Shown: piece after piece, positions 62,953-64,000 of the stretch | Numbering within the stretch: the first letter of the stretch is position 1 | Layout of the letters: every line of letters begins with the position of its first letter | Made by a program: the position numbers and the translations under genes | The notes under the pieces: generated by a model | Told to the model about the DNA's origin: nothing | The model's input: only the letters and a program-made list of their open reading frames with translations | The model's database searches: none | IMG/VR virus record: IMGVR_UViG_3300027763_000036 | Span: 1-64,000 of that record | Direction: 5' to 3' (one strand) | DNA: 64,000 nucleotides | Source: a virus

Positions 62953-64000
62953 ATGAACAAAAGACTAACAAGACTTCCTAAAGCAAGAACTGGATACCAA
63001 GTAAGAGGTTCATTAGCAAATGATGTACCTGCTTTTGGTGGAGCAGATTATAATGCTTACATGGGTATAGCAAGTCCACAGGTAAGAAAAACTATGGGAG
63101 CTGTGCCTAGAGAAGAAGCAAATTTAGAAGCTGAAGGTGGAGAAACATTAGTAGGAGATCTTGATGGCTCTACATTCCCATCTTTCTTTCATATAAAAGG
63201 ACCAAGACACTCTGCTGGTGGAGTTCCTATGAACTTACCAGATGACACATTTATCTTCAGTGATACAGCATCTATGAAGATAACTGATCCTAAGATCTTA
63301 AAGATGTTTAATAAGTCACCTAAGAAAGGTGGTTATACTCCAGCAGAACTATCTAAAGGTTATGACATAAATAAATATAGAAAAACTTTGCAAGATCCTG
63401 AAGCCAATAAGATGGAAAAGAAGACTGCAGAGATGATGATTAAAAACTATGTTATGAAGCTTGGTGCATTAGCTATTGCACAAGAATCTAAAAAAGGTTT
63501 TCCTCAAGGTATCCCTGTTATAGCTAAACCTTATATGGAGGCTAATAAAATTACAGAAGCTGATTTAATGCCTGAAGTTGCTAAACAACAAGAAGAGCAA
63601 CAACAGATGATGGCTCAACAACAAGGTGCACCACAAGAACAGATGGGAGAAGCACCTGAGCAAATGCCATCTGGAGAACCAGTAGCACAACCTTCTATGG
63701 AGGAAGATATGCAAATGCCACCACAGATGTCACCTGAGCAAATGCAACAAGCACCAATGGCTATGTATGGTATGGAGATGGGAGGCTATGATATGCCATT
63801 TGCTGCATATGGTATGGCTATGGGAGCTAATTCTAGTAACTATATGGGAAGGACTAAAAACATTGTTGGTAGTGGTCCATTCTTAAATCGTGAGATGGCT
63901 AAAGAAGGACTTATTGTTGGTGGTATGTTAGGTATGCCGGTAATAATGAGTGGTGGAGGTTACATAGATAAGTATCCAGGTGGTGGACAAAAGAAAACTA
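62953..64000 (+). CDS. Large cargo protein, 3'-truncated (not in ORF track)
   Basis: MNKRLTRLPKARTG...NLEAEGGET...GPRHSAGGVP...FIFSD; open to the window end. Confidence 0.8.
   Translation, partial: MNKRLTRLPKARTGYQVRGSLANDVPAFGGADYNAYMGIASPQVRKTMGAVPREEANLEAEGGETLVGDLDGSTFPSFFHIKGPRHSAGGVPMNLPDDTFIFSDTASMKITDPKILKMFNKSPKKGGYTPAELSKGYDINKYRKTLQDPEANKMEKKTAEMMIKNYVMKLGALAIAQESKKGFPQGIPVIAKPYMEANKITEADLMPEVAKQQEEQQQMMAQQQGAPQEQMGEAPEQMPSGEPVAQPSMEEDMQMPPQMSPEQMQQAPMAMYGMEMGGYDMPFAAYGMAMGANSSNYMGRTKNIVGSGPFLNREMAKEGLIVGGMLGMPVIMSGGGYIDKYPGGGQKKT

Noticed and set aside
55892-64000. Virion RNA polymerase among the large ORFs
   Set aside because: No DxDxD-type catalytic motif was recognised in these proteins. 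If present, the polymerase gene lies beyond the window.

Overview
A 64-kb segment of a lytic, AT-rich crAss-like (Crassvirales-related) bacteriophage, most likely infecting a Bacteroidota (flavobacteria-like) host. The host call rests on TAnnTTTG -7 promoter elements and A-rich leaders without Shine-Dalgarno sites. The standard genetic code is used. Two arms diverge from a GC-richer, hairpin-rich non-coding gap at about 15.64-16.2 kb. The minus arm (15.6 kb to 1) carries early/middle genes: an array of single-gene cassettes each headed by the 12-mer AATCTTTADTAA, a ~1.2-kb cluster of structured RNAs including a twister-like ribozyme, a 303-aa helical protein followed by a structured RNA with hexamer repeats, tRNA-Arg(UCU), a GH73 glucosaminidase, a candidate SSB with a T4-gene-32-like operator, GIY-YIG and HNH nucleases, an SF2 helicase and ClpS. 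The plus arm (16.3 kb to end) carries a GroES-like gene, fibre genes, a lysis cassette (u-spanin, holins, amidase), an HU/IHF-like gene, a PD-(D/E)XK nuclease, terminase, portal, scaffold and major capsid protein. These are followed by a block of small basic proteins, a Dps-like protein, Cys-rich tail proteins, a tail-stabilisation (muzzle-like) protein and large GG-motif virion cargo proteins. The strongest novelty candidates are RNA-level and lie between 6.5 and 15.6 kb. All product calls come from motif recognition by eye, with no database searches.
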